A stretch of DNA of 64,000 nt. Source: Clostridia bacterium. GTDB lineage: Bacteria; Bacillota; Clostridia; TANB77; CAG-508. The stretch is from contig CAAGEF010000115.1 of assembly GCA_900768805.1 (NCBI GenBank), positions 11,407-75,406 on the forward strand, in the 5' to 3' direction. Positions within the stretch are counted from its first letter, which is position 1, and each line of letters starts with the position of its first letter. Position numbers and translations under genes: made by a program. The notes beneath the pieces were generated by a model. It ran no database searches, was not told the DNA's origin, and saw only the letters and a list, made by a program, of their open reading frames with translations. Shown piece by piece: positions 51,367-61,764 of this stretch.

Positions 51367-52815
51367 TTATAAGTGTATAACCATATCTTTTATTGCAGCA
51401 ACAATTTTAAAAGACTTATCTTCTTTAGAAATCGCTTCCTTTAAATCTTCTTTTAAACTGTTTCTTGCGACTACAGAACCATGTACCAATACTAATTTTT
51501 CTGTATTTTGTTTACTTCCAAATTTTAACAAATCTTTTCGATCAGCATGACTAGAAAAAGTTGTTAAATTGATACAATCTGCTTTACTCTCTACGGGATC
51601 TCCACTAATTTTTATAACTTTATTTTCTTTATAATTTTTTATACGATAACTAAGATAACTATTATCATTACCAGTAAAGCCACTAAAAATTATCATGCTA
51701 TTAGAATCACTTAAATATTCGTGTAAATAGCTAAGTACTCTACCATTTGTACAAAATCCTGATGAAGATATAACAATTTTAGGAAAATGACTTTTTACTA
51801 TAGCTAAAGAATCTTCTTTTTCAGTAATAAATTTTACATTTTTCCAATTACGAACATTTTCCCATAATTCTAAATCTTCATTTTCTAAAATTTGATCATA
51901 TAAATTACAAATATCACAAGATAACATTGAATCAACTATAATATCATATTTAAAATTTTCATCTTTATTATAAATATTATATAAATTTGTCAATATTTCC
52001 TGAGTCCTGCTAAAACTAAAACAAGGCATAATCACTGAACCACCACGTTCTGTAACAGTATTAATAGCAGTACGAAGATGTTCCAAATCAAACTTTCTTG
52101 TTTTCTTATTTTGTCTTCCTGGTTCGCCATAAGTCGATTCCATAATGGTAATTTTATTAAATCTTTCATCAATTTCTGTATTTTTTAAATAATGATTATC
52201 TGTATGTAAAGCTCCAATATCAGAAGTATATAATATTGAAGTTTTTTGATTATTATTTCCAGTAAGTGTAAGTCTTAATTGTCTTGCACCAACACAATGA
52301 CTGTTTTCTAACCATTCAAAAGAAATTGTATCATCTAAAACATTTATTTGATGAGTTTCGTCATATTCATAAACCAAAGACATTGTATTATATACATCTT
52401 CTTCAGAATAAATAGGAGAGTAATCACGTTTATATTTAAAAGATAAAATATTAGCTTCACTTTTTAAGATAAATGCACAATTTAACAATAAAGGTTTCAT
52501 TAATAAAGCAGTAGCATGAGAAGCAATAATTTTACCTCTAAATCCTTCTTTTACTAAACGAGGTATTAATCCAATATGATCCACATGTGTATGACCCACA
52601 AATACGTAGTCAATTTCTGAAGGAATAAATTTAAATTTTTCAGAATTAACTTTATAGTTTTCAAGATAATCATTGCATTGATATAAACCACATTCTAACA
52701 AACATTTTTTTCCTTCAAAAATTATTAAATAACAACTTCCTGTTACATCTTGCGAACTTTGTCCAAGAAAATATATCCCGTTTTCTTTTAATTTTTTCTT
52801 TCCGATGATACTCAC
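51367..52815 (-). CDS. metallo-beta-lactamase-fold beta-CASP ribonuclease (RNase J/CPSF-like)
   Basis: HTHVDHIG (HxHxDH) in the N-terminal MBL domain; downstream D/H motifs and a C-terminal SSHAD-like motif. Confidence 0.6.
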   Translation of the reverse strand: MSIIGKKKLKENGIYFLGQSSQDVTGSCYLIIFEGKKCLLECGLYQCNDYLENYKVNSEKFKFIPSEIDYVFVGHTHVDHIGLIPRLVKEGFRGKIIASHATALLMKPLLLNCAFILKSEANILSFKYKRDYSPIYSEEDVYNTMSLVYEYDETHQINVLDDTISFEWLENSHCVGARQLRLTLTGNNNQKTSILYTSDIGALHTDNHYLKNTEIDERFNKITIMESTYGEPGRQNKKTRKFDLEHLRTAINTVTERGGSVIMPCFSFSRTQEILTNLYNIYNKDENFKYDIIVDSMLSCDICNLYDQILENEDLELWENVRNWKNVKFITEKEDSLAIVKSHFPKIVISSSGFCTNGRVLSYLHEYLSDSNSMIIFSGFTGNDNSYLSYRIKNYKENKVIKISGDPVESKADCINLTTFSSHADRKDLLKFGSKQNTEKLVLVHGSVVARNSLKEDLKEAISKEDKSFKIVAAIKDMVIHL

Positions 52816-52860
52816 CCATCTTTCTTATATATTTCTAGTTATACTAGATGTTTTACATTA

Positions 52861-52880
52861 TTTAATTTTAATTAGTTTAT
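52861..52880. repeat. recurrent intergenic motif copy
   Basis: TTTAATTTTAATTAGTTTAT. Confidence 0.45.
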
Positions 52881-52902
52881 AAATTTTATCCTTATAATAA
52901 AT

Positions 52903-52975
52903 AGTGGAAGTAGTGAGGTTCGAACTCACGACTCTCGCCTTAAAAGGGCGATACTCTACCAACTGAGTTACACTT
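52903..52975 (-). tRNA. tRNA-Lys (UUU)
   Basis: Acceptor GGAAGUG/UACUUCC; anticodon stem UCGCC/GGCGA with loop CUUUUAA; T-arm GUGAG-UUCGAAC-CUCAC. Confidence 0.8.
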
Positions 52976-53087
52976 CCTTATAATTGCACACCGTTTTAAT
53001 TGTATGTACAACAATAATAATTTCAAACCTAGACCTTGTTTTATGTCATAATCTAGTTTGACAGAGATTTTGTTTGATTTTATGAAA

Positions 53088-53158
53088 TACCGGATACGAG
53101 AATCGAACTCGTACTCTACGGATGAAAACCGTATGTCTTGCCTTTTGACTAATCCGGC
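53088..53158 (-). tRNA. tRNA-Glu (UUC)
   Basis: Acceptor GCCGGAU/AUCCGGU; anticodon stem UACGG/CCGUA with loop UUUUCAU; T-arm ACGAG-UUCGAUU-CUCGU. Confidence 0.7.
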
Positions 53159-53259
53159 ATATATACTTTAAATTCCGACTACCAACGGATTTCTTTTTTA
53201 CAGTCAGCGTAATATTTAGAAAGATTTTTAATTAATTATAATAAATAATTAAGGCATAG

Positions 53260-53341
53260 TCGGAGGAGTGGGAGTCGAACCACCTAGTATTTACAACAGA
53301 TTTACAGTCTGCCGCCACTAGCCGAGAGTAGCCTTCCTCCG
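53260..53341 (-). tRNA. tRNA-Tyr (GUA)-like, long variable arm
   Basis: Acceptor CGGAGGA/UCCUCCG; anticodon stem GCAGA/UCUGU with loop CUGUAAA; long extra arm; T-loop UUCGACU. The T-stem GGUGG/CCCAC pairs imperfectly. Confidence 0.55.
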
Positions 53342-53482
53342 TAAATTTGCCCACTCAACTTTAACGTTTGCCATATTATTTACAAAGGTAGTAAGCAATA
53401 AACTACCAACCCAACTCAGCCATTTAGAGAAAGGACTTGCTTTGTTGTAAGTTACTGGTATATGCCTTATCCAGTTGGCAAT

Positions 53483-53557
53483 TGCAGTACCTTGGAGTCG
53501 AACCAAGTATCTCACAGGTTATGAGCCTGGAATGGTTTATCCGTTCCACTCGTCTGC
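53483..53557 (-). tRNA. tRNA-Met/Ile2 (CAU)-like
   Basis: Perfect T-arm CUUGG-UUCGACU-CCAAG; anticodon loop CUCAUAA. Only 4 clean acceptor pairs (GCAG/CUGC), so possibly degenerate. Confidence 0.45.
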
Positions 53558-53688
53558 ATTATTTTTTAAAATTATAAATATCAATATATTGTAGATTACT
53601 ATAGAAAGCGTATTAATTTTTGTTTCTATCTTTGTTTCACAATGCATTATAAAGTCTTATATGTTCACGCCCATTTCATCTTTTTTAG

Positions 53689-53760
53689 CTCCCCAAGTAG
53701 GACTTGAACCTACAACAACTCGGTTAACAGCCGAGTGCTCTACCATTGAGCTATTGAGGA
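53689..53760 (-). tRNA. tRNA-Asn (GUU)
   Basis: Acceptor UCCUCAA/UUGGGGA; D-arm GCUC-AAUGGUA-GAGC; anticodon stem CUCGG/CCGAG with loop CUGUUAA; T-arm GUAGG-UUCAAGU-CCUAC. Confidence 0.8.
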
Positions 53761-53807
53761 ATAGAATAGGGCAGGAAGCCCTATTTGTATGTATCAATAT
53801 TAAGTTG

Positions 53808-53831
53808 TTATATTTTAATTATGATTAGTTT
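53808..53831. repeat. recurrent intergenic motif copy
   Basis: TTATATTTTAATTATGATTAGTTT; 24/24 identical to the copy at 54223. Confidence 0.5.
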
Positions 53832-53840
53832 GGTAAAAAA

Positions 53841-54113
53841 TTACTTTACAGCGTCCTTTAAAGCCTTACCAGCCTTAAACTTAGGAACTTTAGTTGCTGC
53901 AATCTGAATTGTCTCACCAGTCTGAGGATTTCTTCCTTCTCTTGCTGCTCTCTCAGAAACTTCAAATGTACCGAAGCCTACCAACTGAATCTTTTCACCA
54001 CGTCCTAATGATTCTGTAATTACATCAATAGTAGCAGTTAAAGCTGCCTCTGCGTCCTTCTGTGTAGTTCCTAACTTCTCTGCGATTGCCTTTACTAAAT
54101 CCTTCTTGTTCAT
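53841..54113 (-). CDS. hup: HU/IHF-family histone-like DNA-binding protein
   Basis: 90 aa: [13 protein letters not shown]...[51 protein letters not shown]. Full-length match to bacterial HU. Much higher GC than flanks. Confidence 0.85.
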   Translation of the reverse strand: MNKKDLVKAIAEKLGTTQKDAEAALTATIDVITESLGRGEKIQLVGFGTFEVSERAAREGRNPQTGETIQIAATKVPKFKAGKALKDAVK

Positions 54114-54222
54114 TTTTTAAATTTCTCCTTTTCTTTCATTAATATTTGTTTTAATTTGTTGTATTTTGTTTTATTTGAACCCAATTTACAATAGAATGAA
54201 ATTAGGTTTTTGTTCATTTAGG

Positions 54223-54247
54223 TTATATTTTAATTATGATTAGTTTA
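54223..54247. repeat. recurrent intergenic motif copy
   Basis: TTATATTTTAATTATGATTAGTTTA; immediately follows the stop of 54245..54583. Confidence 0.5.
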
Positions 54248-54583
54248 ACAAAAAATATTATTTGCGATTTCTGCGCTTTTTCTATCAAGTAATTCAAATG
54301 AAGGCTTATATGTAACTATTACGTTACCTTCCTTATCTGTACGTTCTTCTTTGATACCTTTACAAGATTCATTTGAACATACCATTTGATTACCACCAAT
54401 AAAAGCCATTGGTTCGCCACAAGCTTTGCACTTATGTCTAGAATTAAATTTTTCTTGCTGTTCTTTTAATTTCTTTTCGTTTTTTGTTTTCTTATTTACA
54501 GGCCTACAACCCCATGCTTTTGCACATTCTTCAAAAGAAGAGTAGTGTTCAATAGTATTGCGACCTAATCTGAATTCTCTCAT
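54245..54583 (-). CDS. zinc-finger protein (112 aa)
   Basis: CKACGEPMAFIGGNQMVCSNESC motif. Confidence 0.35.
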   Translation of the reverse strand: MREFRLGRNTIEHYSSFEECAKAWGCRPVNKKTKNEKKLKEQQEKFNSRHKCKACGEPMAFIGGNQMVCSNESCKGIKEERTDKEGNVIVTYKPSFELLDRKSAEIANNIFC

Positions 54584-54793
54584 ATTATCCTTTTCTCCTT
54601 ATATATTTTGTGATTAGTAAAAAATAAGGGGGAATTAATCACTAATCACGTTCTCCATTTCCTATTTTACATTTTGGTGCTTTCCCTTATTGTCATTTTG
54701 ATTATTTTATGCAGTTTTTTAGACCTTCAAAAAACCCTTGTTTTATAAGCTTTTTTGAAGATGCTATTTTGTATAAAACTTTTTTTTAGAAAA

Positions 54794-57733
54794 TTATTTT
54801 TTTTCGTAATATCTTTGTAATGCTTTTTTTCTATTTATTTCTTCATAACATTTGACACAATATTTTGAACGATTATTAGTTACTTTAAATCTTTCACCAC
54901 AAATAGAGCATCTTTTAGTTCCTTTCAATTTGTTTTCAAGATTATTGTAAATAACGTCTCCATATAGTTTCCAAAGAGTATCTTTATTTGCGTCATCTTG
55001 TAATAATTTAATTAATACATCACAGATAAATTCTTTAGGATATCCTAATATTTTAGAAAATTCATCTCTTTGTATTAAAGAGTCTTTTTCTAAAAACATT
55101 AATATTTTTTGTTTCTCTCGAATATCACAACTATCAAAATCCATTCGCATTAATTGTCTTAATTTGCAAAGTTCTAATTCTCTATATAAAGAAAGAATTT
55201 TTTCTCCTTCTTCTTCAGTGAATTCGATTTCAGGGTTATTCATTAACATTTTGTAATTATATTTTGATTTTCCCAAAACGTTTTTATCATTAAAGACAAT
55301 TTTATTACTACGTACAATTTTAGATATACGATTAATATTATTATCTGTAGGTTTTTCAACCTGTTTATTTTGTTTGTCTTTAGCATAAATAAAGAAATGA
55401 GGAACTTTTCTCCCACTATATTGTTTATAAATAGCTTTTATATTTTTAGGAATAGTAGGTTTATACAATGTTTTAGCATAATCAATAACATAATTTACAT
55501 CACAACATCGTAAAGCAACAATTTCAATAGCTTGCTCTATTTCTTCTTTTGTACTTTTAGGATTTAAAGTATCAAAAATTTTAGTAATTTCATTACTAGG
55601 TGTTCCAATATTTCCATGATGGTAAGCCATAACAATGCCATTGAATAAGGTATCATCATTAAGCTTTTCAGGATTTGCCTTTGGCATATCATAATAATTT
55701 GGTATCATACCATATTTCTTTTGAAAACTTCTTGCACAATCAATAATTACTTTATTATTATGAACTAAAGAAATATCTCCATCATTATCATACATTAATA
55801 GTTTACTCATAATATCATTAACACCAACATACAAAGCTTTTGTCTTATACCATGAATTTACTTCTTTATTATTCACATTTTTGCGAATACAATGAGCATG
55901 ATCTAAATGAGGAGAACGTAAACAATCAACCTCAGTATTATCATCAAATAAATTACAATGTACTTGTCCTTCCTTGAGTAATCCCAATTTAGATAAGTCT
56001 CTTTCACCTGTAAACCACCATTGTAAACAAGCTAAAGGTTCTGGCACAATAAAAGTATATTGTCCATTAATATTGAATTTACCACTACGGAGTTTTTTTA
56101 TCATACTGTTTTTTGTATTCTTTAGCAGTGTTTTTACATAATAATCTTTAAACATTTCAGGGTAAAGTAGCAATGACTTTTGAAAATAATTCAAATTATC
56201 ATTCTTTTCAGGATTAGCCCCTAAAAGATTCAACATGCTTTGTAAGTCTCTACCAATTCCATTTAAATTTGTTATATCGTAATCAGCAAGTTCCAATATT
56301 TGTTTATTTGTCATTTCAGTTGTTAATGTTTGCAACATCTGATAATTTGTTTTGGCATTTAGTCGCAGATTCTTTTTTTCAATATTACAACGGTTTGCTG
56401 TACAACCATATTCCTTAAAATATTCTTTATATACATCCCAACCAGATTTTAACAATGTGTCATTTTCATCATAAACGTTTTGATAGTATTTATGCATCTT
56501 AAATTGACTTTCTGTAAATAAATAATCTACATCATCAATGTTGTGTTCAACACCATATATATCAATAACTTTATTGATGGTAATGTTATTTTCTTTACAC
56601 CATGCTTTAAATTTATGCTTGGAAATATAAGATAATAAACCTTTCATAAAAGGCATACGTACCATAGCATTAGGTTCATTTTTAAAAGTAATACCGAAAC
56701 CGTCAGTAAAAGGAATTGTTACACTCATTTTCTTAATTTCAATACTGTGATATTTTGACTGGATGTCACTTATCATTTGATTTAATCTTTTCCTTTTTTC
56801 TTTTAGTCCTTTTTCTTCTAATATTACCTCTTTAGACCTTTTTGTACCTTTAGATAATTGTTCTTTCTCCTTTTTAATTTTAAGCAGTTTAGAAGAAATA
56901 ATTTTAATTTCTTTCTTAATATCTGCAATTTGTTTTTTGTCTTCAGGGGTTTCAGTATATATATGTCTAACTTTTTGATCTGGAATTGAAAATTCAATAT
57001 CTGGAACTACAATAGCTCTATCTATATCAAAATCAAACCAAATAGAAGTATTAGACTGACATAAACTTGTATATGCTAAAAACTTATTTGTGTTCATTCC
57101 ACCAAGCTCATTGATTTTTTCTCTACTAAGACCACAAAAAAATCTGTTAAAATTTTCAATTAACTTATCTTCGGAAGTAAAAGTGCTTTTTTTATTTCTT
57201 GTTTGTCCAGCACCAGCAGTAAAAAATACAAATTTCTTACCTTTATATATAAATCCATTATGCATAAGAGAATCAAAAATTTCAGTATAATATGTAACCA
57301 CACTAATAATATCATCAGAATGTTGCATGTCTTCACAATGAAAAGCTCTAGTAAGTTCACTTTCAAAAATATTGATATTTCTAAATTGATCTTCATGACA
57401 CCATTCACGATTATCAAATATTTCTCTAGTAATCTTTATATTTTCTTTTAAAAGCTGTTTAAATTGATTTTCAGTATCTTCAATAATCACCTTATTATTA
57501 TTATACTTTTCTTTTAATGGCTTTCTCCTTACTTCAAGCCATTTATAATAACAGTCATCAAATTCTAAATATAGCTGCTTTGATTCTATAAAGCTAATTG
57601 TCTTAGCTAATTGATAGTTTTCTTTTTCTACTTGCTTACGATAAATATATAATTCATATTCTTCTTGTGTCAATAAAGGTTCAAAACCAATATTTAATAT
57701 TTCAATTATAGATTTTCCATCTCCATATGCCAT
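54794..57733 (-). CDS. large hypothetical protein (979 aa), possible nucleic-acid polymerase/primase-like
   Basis: Weak motifs only: FDFDIDRAIV, KNSMIKKLRSGKF, MYDNDGDIS (YxDxDGD-like), and a C-terminal Zn ribbon CSICGE...CVKC. No confident family assignment. Confidence 0.3.
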   Translation of the reverse strand: MAYGDGKSIIEILNIGFEPLLTQEEYELYIYRKQVEKENYQLAKTISFIESKQLYLEFDDCYYKWLEVRRKPLKEKYNNNKVIIEDTENQFKQLLKENIKITREIFDNREWCHEDQFRNINIFESELTRAFHCEDMQHSDDIISVVTYYTEIFDSLMHNGFIYKGKKFVFFTAGAGQTRNKKSTFTSEDKLIENFNRFFCGLSREKINELGGMNTNKFLAYTSLCQSNTSIWFDFDIDRAIVVPDIEFSIPDQKVRHIYTETPEDKKQIADIKKEIKIISSKLLKIKKEKEQLSKGTKRSKEVILEEKGLKEKRKRLNQMISDIQSKYHSIEIKKMSVTIPFTDGFGITFKNEPNAMVRMPFMKGLLSYISKHKFKAWCKENNITINKVIDIYGVEHNIDDVDYLFTESQFKMHKYYQNVYDENDTLLKSGWDVYKEYFKEYGCTANRCNIEKKNLRLNAKTNYQMLQTLTTEMTNKQILELADYDITNLNGIGRDLQSMLNLLGANPEKNDNLNYFQKSLLLYPEMFKDYYVKTLLKNTKNSMIKKLRSGKFNINGQYTFIVPEPLACLQWWFTGERDLSKLGLLKEGQVHCNLFDDNTEVDCLRSPHLDHAHCIRKNVNNKEVNSWYKTKALYVGVNDIMSKLLMYDNDGDISLVHNNKVIIDCARSFQKKYGMIPNYYDMPKANPEKLNDDTLFNGIVMAYHHGNIGTPSNEITKIFDTLNPKSTKEEIEQAIEIVALRCCDVNYVIDYAKTLYKPTIPKNIKAIYKQYSGRKVPHFFIYAKDKQNKQVEKPTDNNINRISKIVRSNKIVFNDKNVLGKSKYNYKMLMNNPEIEFTEEEGEKILSLYRELELCKLRQLMRMDFDSCDIREKQKILMFLEKDSLIQRDEFSKILGYPKEFICDVLIKLLQDDANKDTLWKLYGDVIYNNLENKLKGTKRCSICGERFKVTNNRSKYCVKCYEEINRKKALQRYYEKK

Positions 57734-57735
57734 AA

Positions 57736-59268
57736 TTAATTATTCTCCTTTTTGTCTACTATCATTAATCTATCTTTTTCACAATATATTTTTTCTGTCC
57801 ACCAATTTTTTCTTATAAATCCATCAAGTTTAATCATTTTTCTCATAGGATATTCTAGTTGTTTTTTGATTTTGTCTATAATATTGTTAACAGTAATATG
57901 TCCATCAATATTTATATTAATTTTTTCTTTATTCCTTTTATTAAACGTTATGACTATTTCTAATCTAACATATCTTAAATATGAAGAAGTATTAAATTCA
58001 TAATCTAAAAACCAGCCTTTATGTTTATTTACATAATTTTTAAACTCAGATAATCTGTTTTCATATTCTTTTTTATATTTATAGAATTCCCTATGATTTT
58101 CAACATATTCTAAGCGTTCTATAAAATAATTATATTTCTGGTCATAATATTTCCAAGAAGTATCTTTATATACTATTCCTGAGAGTCCAAATTCAACTAA
58201 TTTTTCATTTAATTCATTAATTTTCTCTTCTATATATATTTTCTTTTCTTGTATTGCTTCTTTTTGCATGTTTAAAATATTACATAAACAACTATAATCA
58301 CACACTTCCATTTTCTTTCGATAAATAGCAGTAGGAAAATATTCAACTCCGTAATGGTTTTCTTTTGGAAAAGTGATGTCATGAATCATTACTGAATTAT
58401 GTTCTATTTTAATTCCTAAATACTCAATTTGTTTTTCAAATTCAAGATTATTAATTTTTATACATTTATTAAGTAAAATAAAGAATTTATGATTCTTAAT
58501 CGCTTTAATTCCAAATTCCATGTCTTTAAAATCAAGTAAAGAAAATTTTTTAATAACTTTTCCTTCTGAATTTTTTGAAAGGCTATATTCTTGTAACTCT
58601 TCCCAAAACCAGTCAAGACGTTCCCATTGTATTTTGTAATTTATTTTATCCTGGCGTTTCCATTCAAGTTTTCTTCTTTCTATCTCTTCATAATTTCTAT
58701 GCACATATTTTCTAATATAACAATTTCCATCAGAGTAAATCAGTTTGAATACAATTGTATCTCTTTCAAATTTTTTATTGACAAATTGCTTAATATCAAC
58801 TTCAACTACATCATTTCCAAGTTCATCCCATTTAGGAATATAATCAGTTGTTTTTTTACTTGTGTTTTTAATTTCAAAGTAAAAAATTTTATTAGAAGTA
58901 GTAATTACAGTGATATCAGGAATATACACTCCAAATTTTGTAGTATATTCTTTTTCTATAAATACTTTTGCAGCTTCATATTCAATCATATTAACAATAA
59001 ATTTGCTTCCAGTTTCAAATAAGAAATTTTTACAAATATAGTGAATATAAGTTTCTTCAGTACAACCTCCGCTAATATGATAAAAATGTGGTTGCATTTT
59101 ATATTTTTCATCTTTTTTATATGCTCTAGGTTTTATCAATCCTTTACAACAAGGACAATAATAGTCAGTATTTTCTTTTGCATCTCTAATATGGATATAA
59201 TTCGCATCTTCATTAGGTGAATCTAATGCTACAATTAATTGTGGTAAATCTAAGTTTTGTATTTCCAT
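57736..59268 (-). CDS. CoiA-like competence-protein family nuclease candidate (510 aa)
   Basis: N-terminus YYCPCCKGLIKPRAYKKDEKYKMQPHFYHISGGC resembles the CoiA N-terminal signature (CP.C...H.aH). Confidence 0.35.
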   Translation of the reverse strand: MEIQNLDLPQLIVALDSPNEDANYIHIRDAKENTDYYCPCCKGLIKPRAYKKDEKYKMQPHFYHISGGCTEETYIHYICKNFLFETGSKFIVNMIEYEAAKVFIEKEYTTKFGVYIPDITVITTSNKIFYFEIKNTSKKTTDYIPKWDELGNDVVEVDIKQFVNKKFERDTIVFKLIYSDGNCYIRKYVHRNYEEIERRKLEWKRQDKINYKIQWERLDWFWEELQEYSLSKNSEGKVIKKFSLLDFKDMEFGIKAIKNHKFFILLNKCIKINNLEFEKQIEYLGIKIEHNSVMIHDITFPKENHYGVEYFPTAIYRKKMEVCDYSCLCNILNMQKEAIQEKKIYIEEKINELNEKLVEFGLSGIVYKDTSWKYYDQKYNYFIERLEYVENHREFYKYKKEYENRLSEFKNYVNKHKGWFLDYEFNTSSYLRYVRLEIVITFNKRNKEKININIDGHITVNNIIDKIKKQLEYPMRKMIKLDGFIRKNWWTEKIYCEKDRLMIVDKKENN

Positions 59269-59300
59269 TTTTTCTCCTTTTGTTTACAAAAAACTATTTG

Positions 59301-59552
59301 TTACACATTTTTAATTATATTTAGTCTATTTTCTTGTAAAATAGTTTGAAGCTTTTCTTTCAAACCTTTATCGTTTTTAAAAACATATATTGTTCTTTTA
59401 CCGTCAGGGTCTAGCTTATCTGGCTTAATATCTATAATACGATATCCGTCTTTTAATAAAATCCTTGCTGCTTGACTAGTAAAAACTAATATAGAGGTCT
59501 TTTCCGTTATATTCATAATTATTCCTCCATCATTTTTAAACTTCTCAAACAC
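59301..59552 (-). CDS. hypothetical protein (83 aa)
   Basis: Intact ORF. Confidence 0.3.
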   Translation of the reverse strand: MFEKFKNDGGIIMNITEKTSILVFTSQAARILLKDGYRIIDIKPDKLDPDGKRTIYVFKNDKGLKEKLQTILQENRLNIIKNV

Positions 59553-60687
59553 TTACCGAGAACTTCTACAAACTTATCACATTCTTCAAAAGTAGTATCA
59601 TGACTAAGACTTATTCTTACTGTACTAAACGCTTCTTCATCACTTAAACCAATAGCTTTAAGTATTCTACTTGGCGTTTTTTCACCAGAACAACATGCGG
59701 AACCGGCACTAATTGTAATTCCTTTTTCATTAAGAAGTGCAATAAGCTGCTCTGCATTTATTCCTTTAAAAGTAAGTGAGAGATTGTTAGGAAGTCTATC
59801 TACTAGGTCACCGTTTAAATATACTTCAATATTCTCTTCCTTTACCAAATCATAAATACTGTTAAGTAAGTAATCACTCATTCCACGTACAGAAATATAT
59901 CTGTCTGCTATTTCATACTCATAATACATTCTTTCAACTTGATTTCCTAAAGCATATATCATAGGAACATTTTCTGTTCCTGACCTACGATTTTCAAATT
60001 GATGTCCGCCATGAATTAATGGTACTAATTCAATTCCTTTTTTATATATAAGAAACCACAATTTTTAAAACCATTAAATTTATGAAAGCTTACGCTCATT
60101 AAATCAATACCTGCATTTTTTACACCAATAGGTATCTGTCCAAATGCTTGCACTGCATCTACATGTAAAGTTCCATTATATTGATGTACCATTTTAGATA
60201 TAGTTTCAATTTTATTAATTGTACCGATTTCATTATTAGCCATCATGATGCTTGCAAATATTTTTTTTGTCTCTGTAATGTTCAATTATTTTTTCTAATT
60301 TCGCATAGCAAACTTCTCCAAAACAATTAACAGGTACATATTCTACTGTATAGCCAAAGTTTCTAAATATTTACAAGTGTTATACACAGAAGGATGTTCA
60401 ATAGGAGTAGTAATAATAACTATTTCATCAGTTTTGTATTGACTTACAAAACCTTTAATAACCCAATTATTTGATTCAGACCCTCCAGAAGTAAATACAA
60501 TCTCATCTAGTTCGGCAAATATGTAATTAGCTACTTGTTCTTGTGCGTGGTAAATAATCTGTTTTTCTTTCATTCCTTCAGTACTTATATCAGAAGGATT
60601 TGCCCAAATATTTTCAGCACAATACATAAAATCTTGTAATACTTCTTTTGAAGGTTTAGTGATACTAGAATTATTTAAATAAATCAT
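59519..60687 (-). pseudogene. cysteine desulfurase (NifS/IscS-like, PLP class V) split into three ORFs by frameshifts
   Basis: 60343..60687 carries the N-terminal part (...IVFTSGGSESNNWVIKG...ITTPIEHPSVYN). 60025..60285 carries the middle (...HVDAVQAFGQIPIGVKNAGIDLMSVSFHKFNGFKNCGFLYIKK, i.e. the S.HK PLP-lysine region). 59519..60061 carries the C-terminal part (LIHGGHQFENRRSGTENVPMIYALG...). The summed length of ~380 aa equals one intact enzyme. Confidence 0.5.
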
Positions 60688-60699
60688 TTTTAGTACCCC

Positions 60700-61149
60700 C
60701 TATTTAAGTAATTCTCCAATTACCTTATTGGCAATTTTCATATCTACTTTACCTTTTAATTCCGGCATTACAATCTTCATAATCTGTCCTTTATTATTCT
60801 TTAAAGGCTCAATATTAGCATTGGATAGAAGAATAGTAATTATATTATTAATTTCTGCTTCTTCCGTAATAATAATAGGTGCAAATTCATTAATTACTTC
60901 AAGTCTTGCAATATATTCTGATTTCAACTCAGTTCTGCTTTCAGGACATGCTTCTATCATTTCTTGAACAGTTTTTTTCTCTTTTAAAATAACTTCAGCT
61001 ACCAAATCTTCAGTAATATTATCTTTACACTTTTTATCAATAGCAGCTTTTTTAACCGCACTGACAAGAGCAGAAATAGTTTCCTTTCTTCCTTTATCAT
61101 GATTCTTCATAGCTTCAATCATAGATTGCTGTAATTTTTCTAATGTCAT
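60700..61149 (-). CDS. GatB/YqeY-domain protein
   Basis: 149 aa helical protein. Pattern and length fit the YqeY family. Confidence 0.45.
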   Translation of the reverse strand: MTLEKLQQSMIEAMKNHDKGRKETISALVSAVKKAAIDKKCKDNITEDLVAEVILKEKKTVQEMIEACPESRTELKSEYIARLEVINEFAPIIITEEAEINNIITILLSNANIEPLKNNKGQIMKIVMPELKGKVDMKIANKVIGELLK

Positions 61150-61180
61150 TTTTATTTTCTCCTTTTGTTAATATAATTGC

Positions 61181-61199
61181 ATTTTAATTATGATTAGTT
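61181..61199. repeat. recurrent intergenic motif copy
   Basis: ATTTTAATTATGATTAGTT. Confidence 0.5.
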
Positions 61200-61206
61200 C
61201 GATTAT

Positions 61207-61743
61207 TTACTGTTTGTTTTCTCTCTTTAATTCATTTAAATATCCAAGTTTTCTTGCTTCAACTCTTGCTTTAGCATTAGCATCAGCTCTAGATCTCAAT
61301 TCAATGCAACCACAGCTAGGAGTCCATGCTTCTATATAATCAACACATCTTTGATAATCACATTTCTTAGTTGTTGGTATAGATGCTCCCAATCCAGCAT
61401 TTTGTCTTGTATCTTTATATAAAGTGTAGAAAAATATTTTAGAATATTTTTGATAGTCAAGAGAAGAACTATCACCAAGTATTTCAAATATTCTCTTTTT
61501 TGCAAGCCTATTAATATTTTTTGTTTGCGCAGTTGTAATTTCTATATTTTCTTTTAATTCAAAAATATCAGACTTCATTTCATTAACATCATCAGTCAAA
61601 CTATTAACAGCACTAGTAACTACGCCTAGTTGTTTACTCATATTATTTACATTCATTGCAGATTGTCCAACAATATTCATTAATTGTTGCATATCATAAT
61701 TATTATCTCTATTATTTCCATTATTAATCATCATTCCATTCAT
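61207..61743 (-). CDS. hypothetical protein (178 aa)
   Basis: Intact ORF; Asn-rich N-terminus. Confidence 0.3.
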   Translation of the reverse strand: MNGMMINNGNNRDNNYDMQQLMNIVGQSAMNVNNMSKQLGVVTSAVNSLTDDVNEMKSDIFELKENIEITTAQTKNINRLAKKRIFEILGDSSSLDYQKYSKIFFYTLYKDTRQNAGLGASIPTTKKCDYQRCVDYIEAWTPSCGCIELRSRADANAKARVEARKLGYLNELKRENKQ

Positions 61744-61764
61744 AAGTAATATTCCTCCTAAAAT

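Noticed and set aside
53318-53515. 65-aa ORF in the six-frame track
   Set aside because: Lies entirely over the tRNA-Tyr-like and CAU tRNA genes; spurious.
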